A stretch of 64,000 nt of DNA from an uncultured delta proteobacterium. GTDB lineage: Bacteria > Desulfobacterota > RBG-13-43-22. Positions 49,918 through 59,810 of the stretch are shown in pieces (within the stretch, counting starts at the first letter, position 1; each line of letters starts with the position of its first letter). The stretch spans positions 1,632,001 to 1,696,000 of the forward strand of contig CAWBOS010000010.1 of the NCBI GenBank assembly GCA_963790475.1. The letters are read 5' to 3'. The position numbers and the translations under genes were made by a program. Under the pieces are notes generated by a model. That model worked only from the letters and a program-made list of their open reading frames with translations, searched no databases and was not told the origin of the DNA.

Positions 49918-51534
49918 ATGTTGGTCGATGATTTTTCATTAGAAACCGTTGAGGCGGGAGGTTATCCGATACAAACCTTCAAAAACCGCTTCCCGAATTT
50001 GTGGGAAATGTTTTTTCATAGCGCTTCCACTTATCGGGATGAAATATGTCTGATCGAAGGACAAAGGCGGATCACCTTCGGACAGGCGGCGGATCTGGCG
50101 ATTCGCCTGGCTGCCCACATCAAAGAAAAAACAGGTGCCGGCCGCGGTGACCATGTCGGCCTCTTGATGGAGAACTCTATCGGTTTTATTATTTCCTTTT
50201 GGGCCATCCAGAAGATGGGGGCAGTGGCGGTTATTTTTAATACCCGCTTAGCCGCGCCGGAACTGAAGCGGCAGCTACAATTTTCCGATTTGAGAGTACT
50301 ACTGTCTTCCCCGCTTTTGTCATCGAAAGTTCAGGAGATCCCTTCTCAAGAACTCAATTTCCACCAGGTGGTACTCGAGTATGACCGGCTGATGCACCTC
50401 CCCGGAGGGGAACAGACACCGCCTTCGAAGGGGATTTCCGAAGATGATACGGCCTTTATTCTTTTCACCTCCGGGACCTCGGGGACACCAAAAGGGGTTA
50501 TGCTCACCCATCGCAATATTATTACTTGCGCCTTCAGGTCCGGCGCAACGATCGCTCAGGGATTGGCCCTGGCTGCTTCTTCAGGCTCCCCGGTCCAGGA
50601 ATCATCCAAAAAGCAATATATGCTGATCGTCGCTCCCCTGTTTCACATCATGGCCATAGAGCAAATGTCGGCGGCCGTATTTCTGGGACGGGGCAGTATT
50701 CTGCTGGCCTCTTTCAACCCCCAGGAAATTATGGAACTTGTAAACCGGGGAGAACTCTTTGGCCTTACCGGAACGCCGACCATGTATTGGCTGCTCCTTA
50801 ATAAAACGGCCATTCGGCGATCTAAAGTGGAAAGTATCAGGAGGCTTGGTTTTGGCGCGGCCCCCATGGCGCCCGATTTATTGAAAGAACTAAAAGAAGT
50901 TTTTCCTTCTGCCCGCCTCAGGAATGGCTATGGACTGACCGAAGCCCCTTCCATCAGCGCCCTGCCCGACTTGTATATGGAAACCCATCCGACTTCGGTC
51001 GGAAAACCGACCTTATGTACCAAAGTAAAGATTGTCGATCCCCTGAGCCGAGAAGAACTGGGATCGAATGTTGTGGGTGAATTGGCGGTACGCGGCGCCC
51101 TGGTCACCAAGGGGTATTACAAAGTGCCGGAAGAAACCGCCAAAGTGTATCAAGAGGGATGGTTTTACACCGGCGACATGGCCTATCAGGATAGGGATGG
51201 ATTCCTCTTCCTGGTTGGACGCAGCCGGGAGATGATCAATCGTGGAGGAGAAAATGTCTACCCGGTAGAGGTGGAAAATGTCCTCCATCTTCACCCCAAA
51301 ATTCTGGATGTGGCCGTTTTTGGCCTGCCCGATCCGGTCATGGGCAGCATCGTGGTCTGTGCGATAGTCCCCAGACCGGGTGCCGGAAAAATTACAGTAC
51401 AAGAAATACAGGCCTACTGCCAGGATCAATTGGCTCCTTATAAAATTCCTCAGAAGGTATTCTTTTTAGCCGAAATGCCGACCAATCCGGGAGGAAAGGT
51501 GATGAAGAATAGACTCGTCGAACAATTTTCCTGA
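49918..51534 (+). CDS. AMP-dependent acyl-CoA synthetase
   Basis: FTSGTSGTPKG, YGLTE, TGD, RGGENVYP.EVE. Confidence 0.92.
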   Translation: MLVDDFSLETVEAGGYPIQTFKNRFPNLWEMFFHSASTYRDEICLIEGQRRITFGQAADLAIRLAAHIKEKTGAGRGDHVGLLMENSIGFIISFWAIQKMGAVAVIFNTRLAAPELKRQLQFSDLRVLLSSPLLSSKVQEIPSQELNFHQVVLEYDRLMHLPGGEQTPPSKGISEDDTAFILFTSGTSGTPKGVMLTHRNIITCAFRSGATIAQGLALAASSGSPVQESSKKQYMLIVAPLFHIMAIEQMSAAVFLGRGSILLASFNPQEIMELVNRGELFGLTGTPTMYWLLLNKTAIRRSKVESIRRLGFGAAPMAPDLLKELKEVFPSARLRNGYGLTEAPSISALPDLYMETHPTSVGKPTLCTKVKIVDPLSREELGSNVVGELAVRGALVTKGYYKVPEETAKVYQEGWFYTGDMAYQDRDGFLFLVGRSREMINRGGENVYPVEVENVLHLHPKILDVAVFGLPDPVMGSIVVCAIVPRPGAGKITVQEIQAYCQDQLAPYKIPQKVFFLAEMPTNPGGKVMKNRLVEQFS

Positions 51535-51560
51535 ATTGGATGTAAAAGAAAAAGTTTTTG

Positions 51561-51752
51561 TTCACCGCAGACGCAAAGGACCCAGAGAGAATCATTCTTA
51601 TTCAATCCCCTGAGAGGCGGGATTGAATAACCCAGTTCTGGCCTCCATTCAAACAATCACCCGCAGGGTAGGGAATGTTATTGATTGCCAGCCCCTCACC
51701 GGCAATCAATAAAAATATTTTTTCTTTGCGCCCTCTGCGTCTTTGCGGTGAA
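51561..51752. repeat. MITE-like repeat with TTCACCGCA...TGCGGTGAA ends
   Basis: Inverted ends TTCACCGCAGACGCAAAG and CTCTGCGTCTTTGCGGTGAA. Confidence 0.65.
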
Positions 51753-51813
51753 AACAGTTATTTTAATAGGCCGAACTTCAAAAAAAAAGCAAATGACAGA
51801 AAAGGAGAAAAGA

Positions 51814-52974
51814 ATGGACTTTCAATTGACGGAAGAACAAAAACTTTTCAAACAATCGGTACATGATTTTGCCGATTCTCGTATCGCGCCGATGGTGGAC
51901 TATTGGGAGAAAGGAGACCTTTCCCTGGCGCGGAAGGATCTCCTTTCCGAATACCGGGAGTTGGGCTTGCTGGGTATTACCCTTCCGGAGGAATATGGCG
52001 GCCAGGGACTGCCGGCGATTTACGCCATCCTGGCCATGGAAGAGCTGGCCAGGGTCACCACCAGGGCCTCCGGTGTGGTCATGGAGAGCAGTTTCGGGCC
52101 GATACGGGCCGTGGAAAAATTCGGGACGGAAGAACAAAAGCAACGATTTATTCCCCCCTGTGCCCGCGGTGAGAATTTTATGTCCGTCGGCATGACTGAA
52201 CCAGGAGCAGGATCGGCACTGACCGACTTAACAACTCGGGCCGTTCTTAAAGGGGATCACTATGTGGTCAACGGCCAAAAAAGATTTATTTCCGGAGGAG
52301 GCCATTCGGACTGGTATATGGTTTATGTCCGCTTGAGCGATCGTAAAGGACACCAGGGAATCGGCGGAATAGTGGCCGAAAAAGGCACTCCGGGATTTTC
52401 CTTTGGAAAACAGGAAGAATTCATGGGTCTTCACGGCATGCACAGCTGCGATCTTATTTTTGAAGACTGTCTAGTCCCCAAAGAGAATCTGATCATTCCC
52501 GAAGGCGGTTTCGCCAAGTTGATGCAGGCCTTTGATGTGGAACGCTGCGGGAATGCCACCCAATCGCTGGGGATCGCCTGGGGCGCCCTGGAGGCAGCCA
52601 AAAAATATTCCAAGGAACGAACGGCCTTCGGAAAACCCATCTGCGAATTTCAGGCCATACAATTACTCCTGGCGGATATGGCTATGAAGGTCGAGGCCGC
52701 CAGGCTCCTGATCTACCGGGCGGTGGTCAATGCCGGTAATGGATTGCCCTCGGTATTCGAATCTTCCGTGGCCAAATGTTTTGCCAATGAAATCGGCAAG
52801 GAGGTTACGGACATGGCCATGCAGGTCTTCGGCGGGTACGGCTATTCCAAAGAGTACCCCATCGAACGTATGCTGCGGGACAGCCGCGGCTGGCCCCTGG
52901 CCGGAGGTACGGTTCAAATTCAACGGATCAACATCGCCTCGGCTATGCTGGGAAGAAGGTTTGACCAGAGATAG
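51814..52974 (+). CDS. Acyl-CoA dehydrogenase
   Basis: MTEPGAGS, NGQKRFIS, FGGYGY..EYPIER.LRD. Confidence 0.93.
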   Translation: MDFQLTEEQKLFKQSVHDFADSRIAPMVDYWEKGDLSLARKDLLSEYRELGLLGITLPEEYGGQGLPAIYAILAMEELARVTTRASGVVMESSFGPIRAVEKFGTEEQKQRFIPPCARGENFMSVGMTEPGAGSALTDLTTRAVLKGDHYVVNGQKRFISGGGHSDWYMVYVRLSDRKGHQGIGGIVAEKGTPGFSFGKQEEFMGLHGMHSCDLIFEDCLVPKENLIIPEGGFAKLMQAFDVERCGNATQSLGIAWGALEAAKKYSKERTAFGKPICEFQAIQLLLADMAMKVEAARLLIYRAVVNAGNGLPSVFESSVAKCFANEIGKEVTDMAMQVFGGYGYSKEYPIERMLRDSRGWPLAGGTVQIQRINIASAMLGRRFDQR

Positions 52975-53001
52975 AGACGTTTCAATAATAGGGAGGGAAA
53001 A

Positions 53002-53133
53002 ATGAAAAAGAGTTTCAGGGGATTCATTTTATTTTTTATTGTTTTCACCCTAATAGGGACGGGCTTAGTCTCTGAAACCGGTGCGGCGGAAAAAGTACAG
53101 TACGGCGGTACGCTCACCTATTTGAAAAGGGGG
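53002..53133 (+). pseudogene. N-terminal fragment of ABC peptide substrate-binding protein
   Basis: Signal peptide + KVQYGGTLT. The reading frame ends even after removing the intron. Confidence 0.6.
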
Positions 53134-55067
53134 ATCGAGGTAGGACAGCCAGTTACCCGACTGCCCCCTCACAGACCCCGGCGTGCAGAATTACCGCACC
53201 GGGTTCCTCAGAATTATTCGCTTGGGTGCTTCTGCCCTCAAAAGGCCATTTCCAGTTGCTTCGGCAATTTCTTTTCCGTTATCCGTGGTTTCTCTATCCG
53301 GAAATATTTCAGAAGTTCATTAAAACCAGGCCAGGTGTAACTCTTACGCTGGCTTCTCCGATTCAGACGCTTGAATAATATCCTCATCGCCCGATAGTAG
53401 AATGATGCCAGACTCTTAAAGTTCCCAATCACTCCGTAGTAATTGTAATACCCCCGAAGCTTCGCATTGAGTTTACTGAAAAAGTCTGTCATCCGTAGGT
53501 TGATGTTCTTTCTACACCATTCGTCAAAGTTCTTTATGGAATTCTTGTACTTCTTCCGGGAGGTCCGTTTCCAAATGTGCACTTTCCCTGCTCTGCTCGT
53601 CCTCCATCGAAATTCAAATCCCAAAAATTCAAACATGGCCTTGTCTTCCCTGTGCAGCCGACTAAAACGGATTATCCGTGTCTTTTCTTCCGCCAAGGTC
53701 AGACCGAACTTCCCCAGACGTTTGCCCAGCACATCATAAAACCGCTGGGCATCCCTCTGGCTTTGAAAGGCACATATAAAGTCATCCGCATATCTGCAAT
53801 AGTATGCCTGCCCGCAATGCGCTTTCACCACTTCCTCAAACCACTCATCCAAAACATAGTGTAAGTAGATGTTGGCCAATATCGGCGATACGATTCCTCC
53901 CTGGGGTGTTCCCGTTATGGGATCGATCACCCGGCCTTCTTCCAATACACCGGCCTTTAGCCACTTCCCTATCAAGCCCAGAAACGGCTTATCATCGATC
54001 TTCTTCTTCAGCATCTCCATCAACAGGGTGTGATCGATTGCATCGAAAAAGCCTTTGATATCAGCTTCGACAATATAGTTGAATCCCCCGAACTGAAGCT
54101 TTGTGGATACCTCCTTGATCGCATCCAGTGCTCCCAGTTTCGGCCTATATCCAAAGCTGCCAGCCTTAAATATCGGCTCGTATATCGCTTCCAGTATCTT
54201 GGCTACTGCTGTTCGCAGCAGCTTGTCTTCCGTGGCCGGAATCCCAAGAGGTCTTGTTTTCCCTCCTGGTTTCGGTATGAAACGCCTCAACACCAACTTC
54301 GCCCGATACCAGCCCCCTTTGACCCGCTCGACCAGGTCAACTATATGATCTGTCAATCTCTCCCCGTATTGCCAGTAGGTCACCCGATCTACTCCAGGCG
54401 CTGACTTCCGGTTCATAAATCTCCAGCACCAATACAGCATCTCTGCGTCGATCCGTCCCATCAGGTTCTGAAATCGGTGGTCTTTATGTAGTGCAGATTT
54501 CTCCGCTATTCCCCGCAGTGAGGTTTGCATTAATTCTCCAGCCCGACTTTGTCCGGTTAATGTTTCCTTTGCAGACTACATAATCCTGCTCACCCCTTCC
54601 CCCTGTGATCGGCTCTACCGTCTCTGAGTACTATGAGTGAGTATGACTCCCTGACCGTCTTCGGCACGCCTCCTTTTTCTCGTTGGACACGCCTACCTGA
54701 TCTCCCTTCTTCTCAGGAACTGTCAGGGTCTCCCAGGTTCCATAGTGCTTCTCTTCATACATGCCACGCCCTTCTTCCGACACCGGCAGACCCTCCAGAT
54801 TCTTGCCCTTAACGAATCCTTTGTTTCGGCTTCCGTTCAACGTATAACGTCGCCATCTGCTTCATATGAATTACGATGCTGTATCATGCTTCAGGAGAGC
54901 ACCCCTCTCCCTGTGGCCTATATGATTCCCTGTGTACGCTTCGTGTGGGTCGTTCAACCACTTGTCTATCCTTCCCAGTCACGCAACACTCGGTACGGGT
55001 GGTTGGCTATTCCTTACCCGACAGGGACTCTCACCCTGTAAGAAACACCAGGCTTGGCCTGGCGCAC
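53134..55067 (-). mobile_element. Group II intron
   Basis: 5' GTGCG at 55067. Domain V GAACCCGGTGCGGTAATTCTGCACGCCGGGGTC. Domain VI and 3' end CCTACCTCGAT at 53134. Confidence 0.92.
53238..54530 (-). CDS. ltrA: Group II intron reverse transcriptase/maturase (no endonuclease domain)
   Basis: RPLGIP..EDK, GTPQGG..SP.LANIYLH, RYADD, LRGYYNYY. Confidence 0.95.
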   Translation of the reverse strand: MQTSLRGIAEKSALHKDHRFQNLMGRIDAEMLYWCWRFMNRKSAPGVDRVTYWQYGERLTDHIVDLVERVKGGWYRAKLVLRRFIPKPGGKTRPLGIPATEDKLLRTAVAKILEAIYEPIFKAGSFGYRPKLGALDAIKEVSTKLQFGGFNYIVEADIKGFFDAIDHTLLMEMLKKKIDDKPFLGLIGKWLKAGVLEEGRVIDPITGTPQGGIVSPILANIYLHYVLDEWFEEVVKAHCGQAYYCRYADDFICAFQSQRDAQRFYDVLGKRLGKFGLTLAEEKTRIIRFSRLHREDKAMFEFLGFEFRWRTSRAGKVHIWKRTSRKKYKNSIKNFDEWCRKNINLRMTDFFSKLNAKLRGYYNYYGVIGNFKSLASFYYRAMRILFKRLNRRSQRKSYTWPGFNELLKYFRIEKPRITEKKLPKQLEMAF

Positions 55068-55507
55068 ACGTTGTCCATTTAATTCAAAATCTTTTTATTT
55101 TTGGGCGCAAAGTGGGTGTCCCTCCACTTTTGTTACCCTCGCCCCTTGGAGCAATCTCAACCATTGGAACCAAGCCGTCAATGGCTCGGGCACACAATTG
55201 CCTGAACCGGAAAATTTTCTCGGTCTTGATCATCCATCTTTATAAATTTTGCCATGTCTTATTTTCTTCAAGTCGAGCCAGTCCTCCTCGAAGAAGAAGG
55301 GCGACGGCAGCAAAATGGCCTGGCCTCCGGAGGAAATTATTTATCTCTGAGATGGCGGCGAACAATTCGAGCGATATTGATTGCCGCACTATATGCCTCT
55401 TTGGGGGAGTTCGGCCCAGAGGGGCTTACCCCCCGTAGATCGGGACGTTGGTTCTAAGTTGCATAACTTCCATACTCGTAAGTTGTTTGACTCCCTATCA
55501 TTATTAT

Positions 55508-56038
55508 TTAATCCCATGACCTCCGGTGCCAAAACTCTCGTTTTAGTCCCTCGTAGAGGTTGAAGACGATCGGGCAAATCTGGCAATTTGAAAAAGCCTG
55601 GTTGACCCTGAAAATGAATTCCCGCTTGTGCAAGTGGGGAAATGAGCGACAGTCGGCCGGCCTTTGGTCATAAACAGTACAACGATTGTCCTTCAGAAAA
55701 GGACAGGGAAGGGTATTGAAGGTCTCACCTTCTCCGTCTTCGTCCGTCCGCAGGTATCGGGCACGAAAGGCACTCACGGGCAGGCCCTGCGCTTGTGAAA
55801 GCCGTTTTACATCCGCCTTAGTGAGAAGAGGCCGGGACACCCGGCAGCAGTTAGCGCAGGAGGTGCACTCGATCCTGGAGGATAGTTCCCGGTACAGTTG
55901 GTGAACCTTGGAGTCGATTCTGTGAATCGACCAATTGGAGCTTTTCAAAAAACATCGGAAAGCCCAATTAGCCTTTTCCCGAAGCCGGGCGAGTTTTTCA
56001 ATCCTGTTGATATCGGTCTCTATTTCCATCCCTATCAA
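55508..56038 (-). CDS. YkgJ family cysteine-cluster protein
   Basis: CTSCANCC, PCPFL....C.VY..RP..CR.FP. Confidence 0.88.
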   Translation of the reverse strand: MIGMEIETDINRIEKLARLREKANWAFRCFLKSSNWSIHRIDSKVHQLYRELSSRIECTSCANCCRVSRPLLTKADVKRLSQAQGLPVSAFRARYLRTDEDGEGETFNTLPCPFLKDNRCTVYDQRPADCRSFPHLHKREFIFRVNQAFSNCQICPIVFNLYEGLKREFWHRRSWD

Positions 56039-56111
56039 GTCCCCAACATTGGATGTCCCCTAAGATATCTTTGGACTGGGTCAGGTCCATTTTCCTTGCA
56101 TTTGTTTATTA

Positions 56112-56309
56112 TCAGCGTCTATCCGGATTAAATTTAATCACCCGCATATTCGGAATATGATGGTAATGTTTGGTATTGGCCGTTAGAAGGACTTCCGAAG
56201 TATTAATACAAGTAGCCGCAATCAAGGCATCGGCCAATTCCAGGGAGTGACTTAAAAAGAATTCCTCAATAAAGATCATGGCTCGTGTTGAAATATCAGA
56301 ATTGAAAGG
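56112..56309 (-). pseudogene. C-terminal half of VapC/PIN toxin
   Basis: SHSLELADALIAAT...LLTAN.KHY. N-terminus missing. Confidence 0.7.
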
Positions 56310-56410
56310 AGGATTCTCCCTACACTTTTTTCTTCTTGATTCTGTTTTTTCGTTGCCTTATATTTTCCCTTCAAAAAGGAAATTCTTATCTAAATGGTCC
56401 AAGGTGAAAG

Positions 56411-56692
56411 GTGAAAGGGAAAATACAAAAGATAAAAAAGGCTAATCAAGATGAGTCTTCAAAACTGAGGCCTTGCAACTCCAAACTTGAACCGCCCGCT
56501 TTTGTCAGACGCCGCCGCTGTTCGGATTGTCTTTATTGCCAGGTTTGCTCGCTGGAGCGCTGCCGTCTTTGCTGGGCCTCGAAAACGAACCCCCAAAAAA
56601 AATTGTCCATGGCCGAACAAATCGCCCTCTATAATCGAATCAATAAAAAGAAAGTAACCAGGAAGAAAAAAGATTCTAGCGCCAGGTCCTGA
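56411..56692 (+). CDS. Small Cys-rich hypothetical protein
   Basis: CxxCxxCxxCxxxxCxxC then KLSMAEQIALY. AAGGTG RBS. Confidence 0.6.
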   Translation: MKGKIQKIKKANQDESSKLRPCNSKLEPPAFVRRRRCSDCLYCQVCSLERCRLCWASKTNPQKKLSMAEQIALYNRINKKKVTRKKKDSSARS

Positions 56693-56755
56693 CATTTCTA
56701 TTTCTGGTCAGCGAATTTCTTTGGAGAGTTAAAGAACAAAAAGACGGATGAAATG

Positions 56756-56783
56756 AAAAGCCGGGTCCAAGAGGACCCGGCTT
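56756..56783. terminator. Terminator between convergent genes
   Basis: AAGCCGGGTCC/GGACCCGGCTT hairpin. Confidence 0.7.
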
Positions 56784-56824
56784 CTTCGATTTGCCTGCCA
56801 TTTATTTGTTGCAGGTCCCTTTTT

Positions 56825-58108
56825 CTATTTTCTTTCTTTTTTCCTGGTCTCGATGGCTTCCCAGCGTTCCCTCCAAGGCTGCCAGAAGGGAATCTGTTTT
56901 TCCTTGGGGAGATCAAAAATATTCAGGGGTTTTCCCCTGAATTTCTCGGGCCCAGGCCATTTTTCAACCTCCTGCATCAGCTTTTCCAGATAGAAATCGG
57001 AATCGCCCAGATAGAGCTGTTTGGTCTTCCCCCTTCTGGAAAAGAGGGGCAAAAGCCCTCGATCCACTTCATAGCCGACCCCGGCCAAGACCTGGTGACC
57101 GCGCCAGCAGGCCCTCTCATGAGAATCGCTGGTCCAGGCCTTGGCCATGGCCACTTCCAGATTGCAGGGAAGGTTATCATTGAGTTTCCATACCGCCTGA
57201 TAGGTCAGCCACCTGGAGGCATCCACTTCGCTTAATAGAAAGACACAATGGTCCTGTACATATTGGTTGATGCCGATGGGCATATCGAACTGGACCCTGG
57301 CCTTGGCATATCCAACGGTAATTTCCAATACGCGTTGTCCGGCGCCGACCATGTCGGCGCAAAGTAGAACAGCCCCTTTATTCATGACCTTTTCCAGAGG
57401 CGCCCAGCCTTTATGGAGGGGACCGACCATATTCTCCCTGGGGATCTTAACCCTTCGGAAGGCAACCTCGCACTGTTTGTCGCCTGCCGTCGTCTCCAGA
57501 ATTTCATAGCTTACTCCCGGGGCTTTGGCATCCACCAGAAAAAGGGTGATGCCGTCTTCAGGTTTATTCCCCTTTCGGGTTCTGGTAACACACAGCAGAT
57601 AATCGGCAATATGGGCATCATGGACGAACAGCTTCGTCCCATTGATGATATAATCATCCCCCTTGGGAGTGGCGCTTACCGTTACCCCTTCGGGCTTCCA
57701 GGCCGTTCCCTCCCAACTGGATTCCGGTTCGGTCAGGGCCAGCGAAAGGATCAGTTCTCCTTTGGCAATCTTCGGCAGCAGGTCCGCTTTCTGCTTATTA
57801 CTCCCTGCCTCCAAAACAGTCAGACCGCCTAAAATAATCGTGGACAAATAAGGACTGGGCAGCATGGCCCTTCCCATTTCCTCGAACAATATGGCCAGGT
57901 CAAAGAAACTGCCCCCCTTCCCTCCAAATTGTTCCGGATATCCCAGTCCCAGCCACCCTTTCCCGGCCATTTTCCGCCAAAGCTTCTTTGAAAAACCCTG
58001 ATCATCTTCCTCCATTTCCCGGACAAAACTCTCGGGGCATTCCTTTTCCAGAAACGCCCGGGCCTCTTTTTTCAGTCTTTCCTGCGCTTCGGTAAGAGAA
58101 AAATCCAT
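56825..58108 (-). CDS. Acyl-CoA dehydrogenase (likely non-catalytic partner subunit)
   Basis: ALTEP, NGTKLFV, R.QF..PIG..Q. FadE27-like pattern. Confidence 0.85.
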   Translation of the reverse strand: MDFSLTEAQERLKKEARAFLEKECPESFVREMEEDDQGFSKKLWRKMAGKGWLGLGYPEQFGGKGGSFFDLAILFEEMGRAMLPSPYLSTIILGGLTVLEAGSNKQKADLLPKIAKGELILSLALTEPESSWEGTAWKPEGVTVSATPKGDDYIINGTKLFVHDAHIADYLLCVTRTRKGNKPEDGITLFLVDAKAPGVSYEILETTAGDKQCEVAFRRVKIPRENMVGPLHKGWAPLEKVMNKGAVLLCADMVGAGQRVLEITVGYAKARVQFDMPIGINQYVQDHCVFLLSEVDASRWLTYQAVWKLNDNLPCNLEVAMAKAWTSDSHERACWRGHQVLAGVGYEVDRGLLPLFSRRGKTKQLYLGDSDFYLEKLMQEVEKWPGPEKFRGKPLNIFDLPKEKQIPFWQPWRERWEAIETRKKERK

Positions 58109-58147
58109 AATCCCGCTCCTTTCTGTGTATGGCAATACCCTTTTGAG

Positions 58148-59380
58148 TTATTTTTTCTTTTCCTGCAAAGATTCGGCGATGACTTTATTAAACTTGGCCG
58201 GTATTCTGGGTAAACCCAATCCTCTGCCTGCTGCGACAATCTTATTCACTTCCAGTGTGCCGGCCGGGTGGACGCTGCGGGCGATCTGCCAGCGGCGTTC
58301 AACCTTTCCTGCGAATTTGGCCCATTTCGACCCGGAGCGGAGTTGGCCGTAAAGCCCCAGGATATTCATCATGTTCTCCGGATGCTGAGTCGAAATGAGT
58401 TTATTAAAAAAGCCGCTCAAGTCATAAGGTTTCGAACCCAATTCTTTCTTTTTAGAATGCCGCCAAACCGCTTCCCAGGCGATGAGTCTCTGGATCTCGA
58501 TATCGAGAGCCATCTTGGCCAGGGTCTTCCGAACATCGGGATCCTTAATGAGAGGAACTCCGTTACGTTTTGTTTTTTTACAAAATTGAATGAATTCCAC
58601 CAACATCCGTTTATGGGTGGCGGGATTACCGGTGCCGCTGCGTTCGAATTCGAAGGCGGCCATAGCGTGGTAGAATCCTTTATTGAGCTCTCCGAGAAGG
58701 TTTTCTTTGGGCACCTTTACGTCTTTATAAAAGATATTCACCTGGGTGCCGAAACCCATGGTTCCCTGGGCCTGGTAAGTGATACCCGGTGTATCTCCCG
58801 GAACGAGAAAAAGGCTGATCCCCTGATGTTTTGGTTCGGTATCGGCGGTCCGGGCCAGGGTATAAAGGTAGTCAGGTTTTACCATTGTACTGATAAAAGT
58901 CTTCTGGCCGTTTAATACATAATACTCACCCTCCGGAACCGCTCTGACTTTCTGGTTGGCTTCGTCCGAACCGGCCTCGGGTTCGGTAAAGGCCTGGTTC
59001 CATATAGCCGTCCCTTTGGCTATGCCGGGCAAAAACTTTTTCTTTTGTTCCTCCGTCCCGAAGATCTGAACGGCTGGTCCGGCAATATGAAGTCCTGAAA
59101 AATTGGGCCACCGTCCTCCGGTGTATCCCCATTCCTCCTCCACGACTCCCTGCTCGATCGGGCTGAGTCCCAGCCCACCCGTTTCCCGGGACCATCCAGG
59201 GGTCAGATACCCTTTGCTGCCGGCCTTTTTTTGGAATTTCATCCAAAATTCGGTCTGGGCTTTGGTCAAGGAAAACATCGTTTCCACGCCCGGATCAAAA
59301 TCTTCCGGTATTTCGTTTAAGAAAAATTCCCGGGCATCCTTTCTCAACTTCTCCTGCTTTTCAGTAAATCCGAAGTCCAT
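58148..59380 (-). CDS. Acyl-CoA dehydrogenase
   Basis: FTEPEAGSD, NGQKTFIS, FEFER, GT.EV.K. Confidence 0.9.
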   Translation of the reverse strand: MDFGFTEKQEKLRKDAREFFLNEIPEDFDPGVETMFSLTKAQTEFWMKFQKKAGSKGYLTPGWSRETGGLGLSPIEQGVVEEEWGYTGGRWPNFSGLHIAGPAVQIFGTEEQKKKFLPGIAKGTAIWNQAFTEPEAGSDEANQKVRAVPEGEYYVLNGQKTFISTMVKPDYLYTLARTADTEPKHQGISLFLVPGDTPGITYQAQGTMGFGTQVNIFYKDVKVPKENLLGELNKGFYHAMAAFEFERSGTGNPATHKRMLVEFIQFCKKTKRNGVPLIKDPDVRKTLAKMALDIEIQRLIAWEAVWRHSKKKELGSKPYDLSGFFNKLISTQHPENMMNILGLYGQLRSGSKWAKFAGKVERRWQIARSVHPAGTLEVNKIVAAGRGLGLPRIPAKFNKVIAESLQEKKK

Positions 59381-59810
59381 ATCCTTCCTCCTTATTCAAG
59401 GGTTAGTTGAACTTTATCGAGATCGGAAATTAGAAGTCTCCCTCACCTCCTCTCCTGAACATCCCGAATTTCCCCAAACAGTTCAAGGGTTGGCCTTCCG
59501 GAGTGAAGACCGCACAGTATTTAATATCAAATTTGGGGGATCGAAAAGAAATGCCTTTTGGGATCGGGTCAGAGATCATCGCTCTTCTCGGGATCGTAAA
59601 AAGGAGGGGTTAAAAGCAATAAATCATAGTGTTTTCTATATCATAACTTTTTAATTAGTCAATAGCTTATTAAAAAAAGAAAGCGGGATCAGGGTTTGAT
59701 CAGAGGCGCGGGGAAGATCCCCTTGTGGGTAGGGGGCCCCCAGGGGACTAAAATAATCGGCCTTTTCTTCATAATGAAGATTCCCAACAGTTAGGTGAAG
59801 GCCATTTTTA

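Noticed and set aside
53002-53340. 112-aa ORF from the track
   Set aside because: Chimera of a truncated substrate-binding protein N-terminus and antisense intron domains V-VI.
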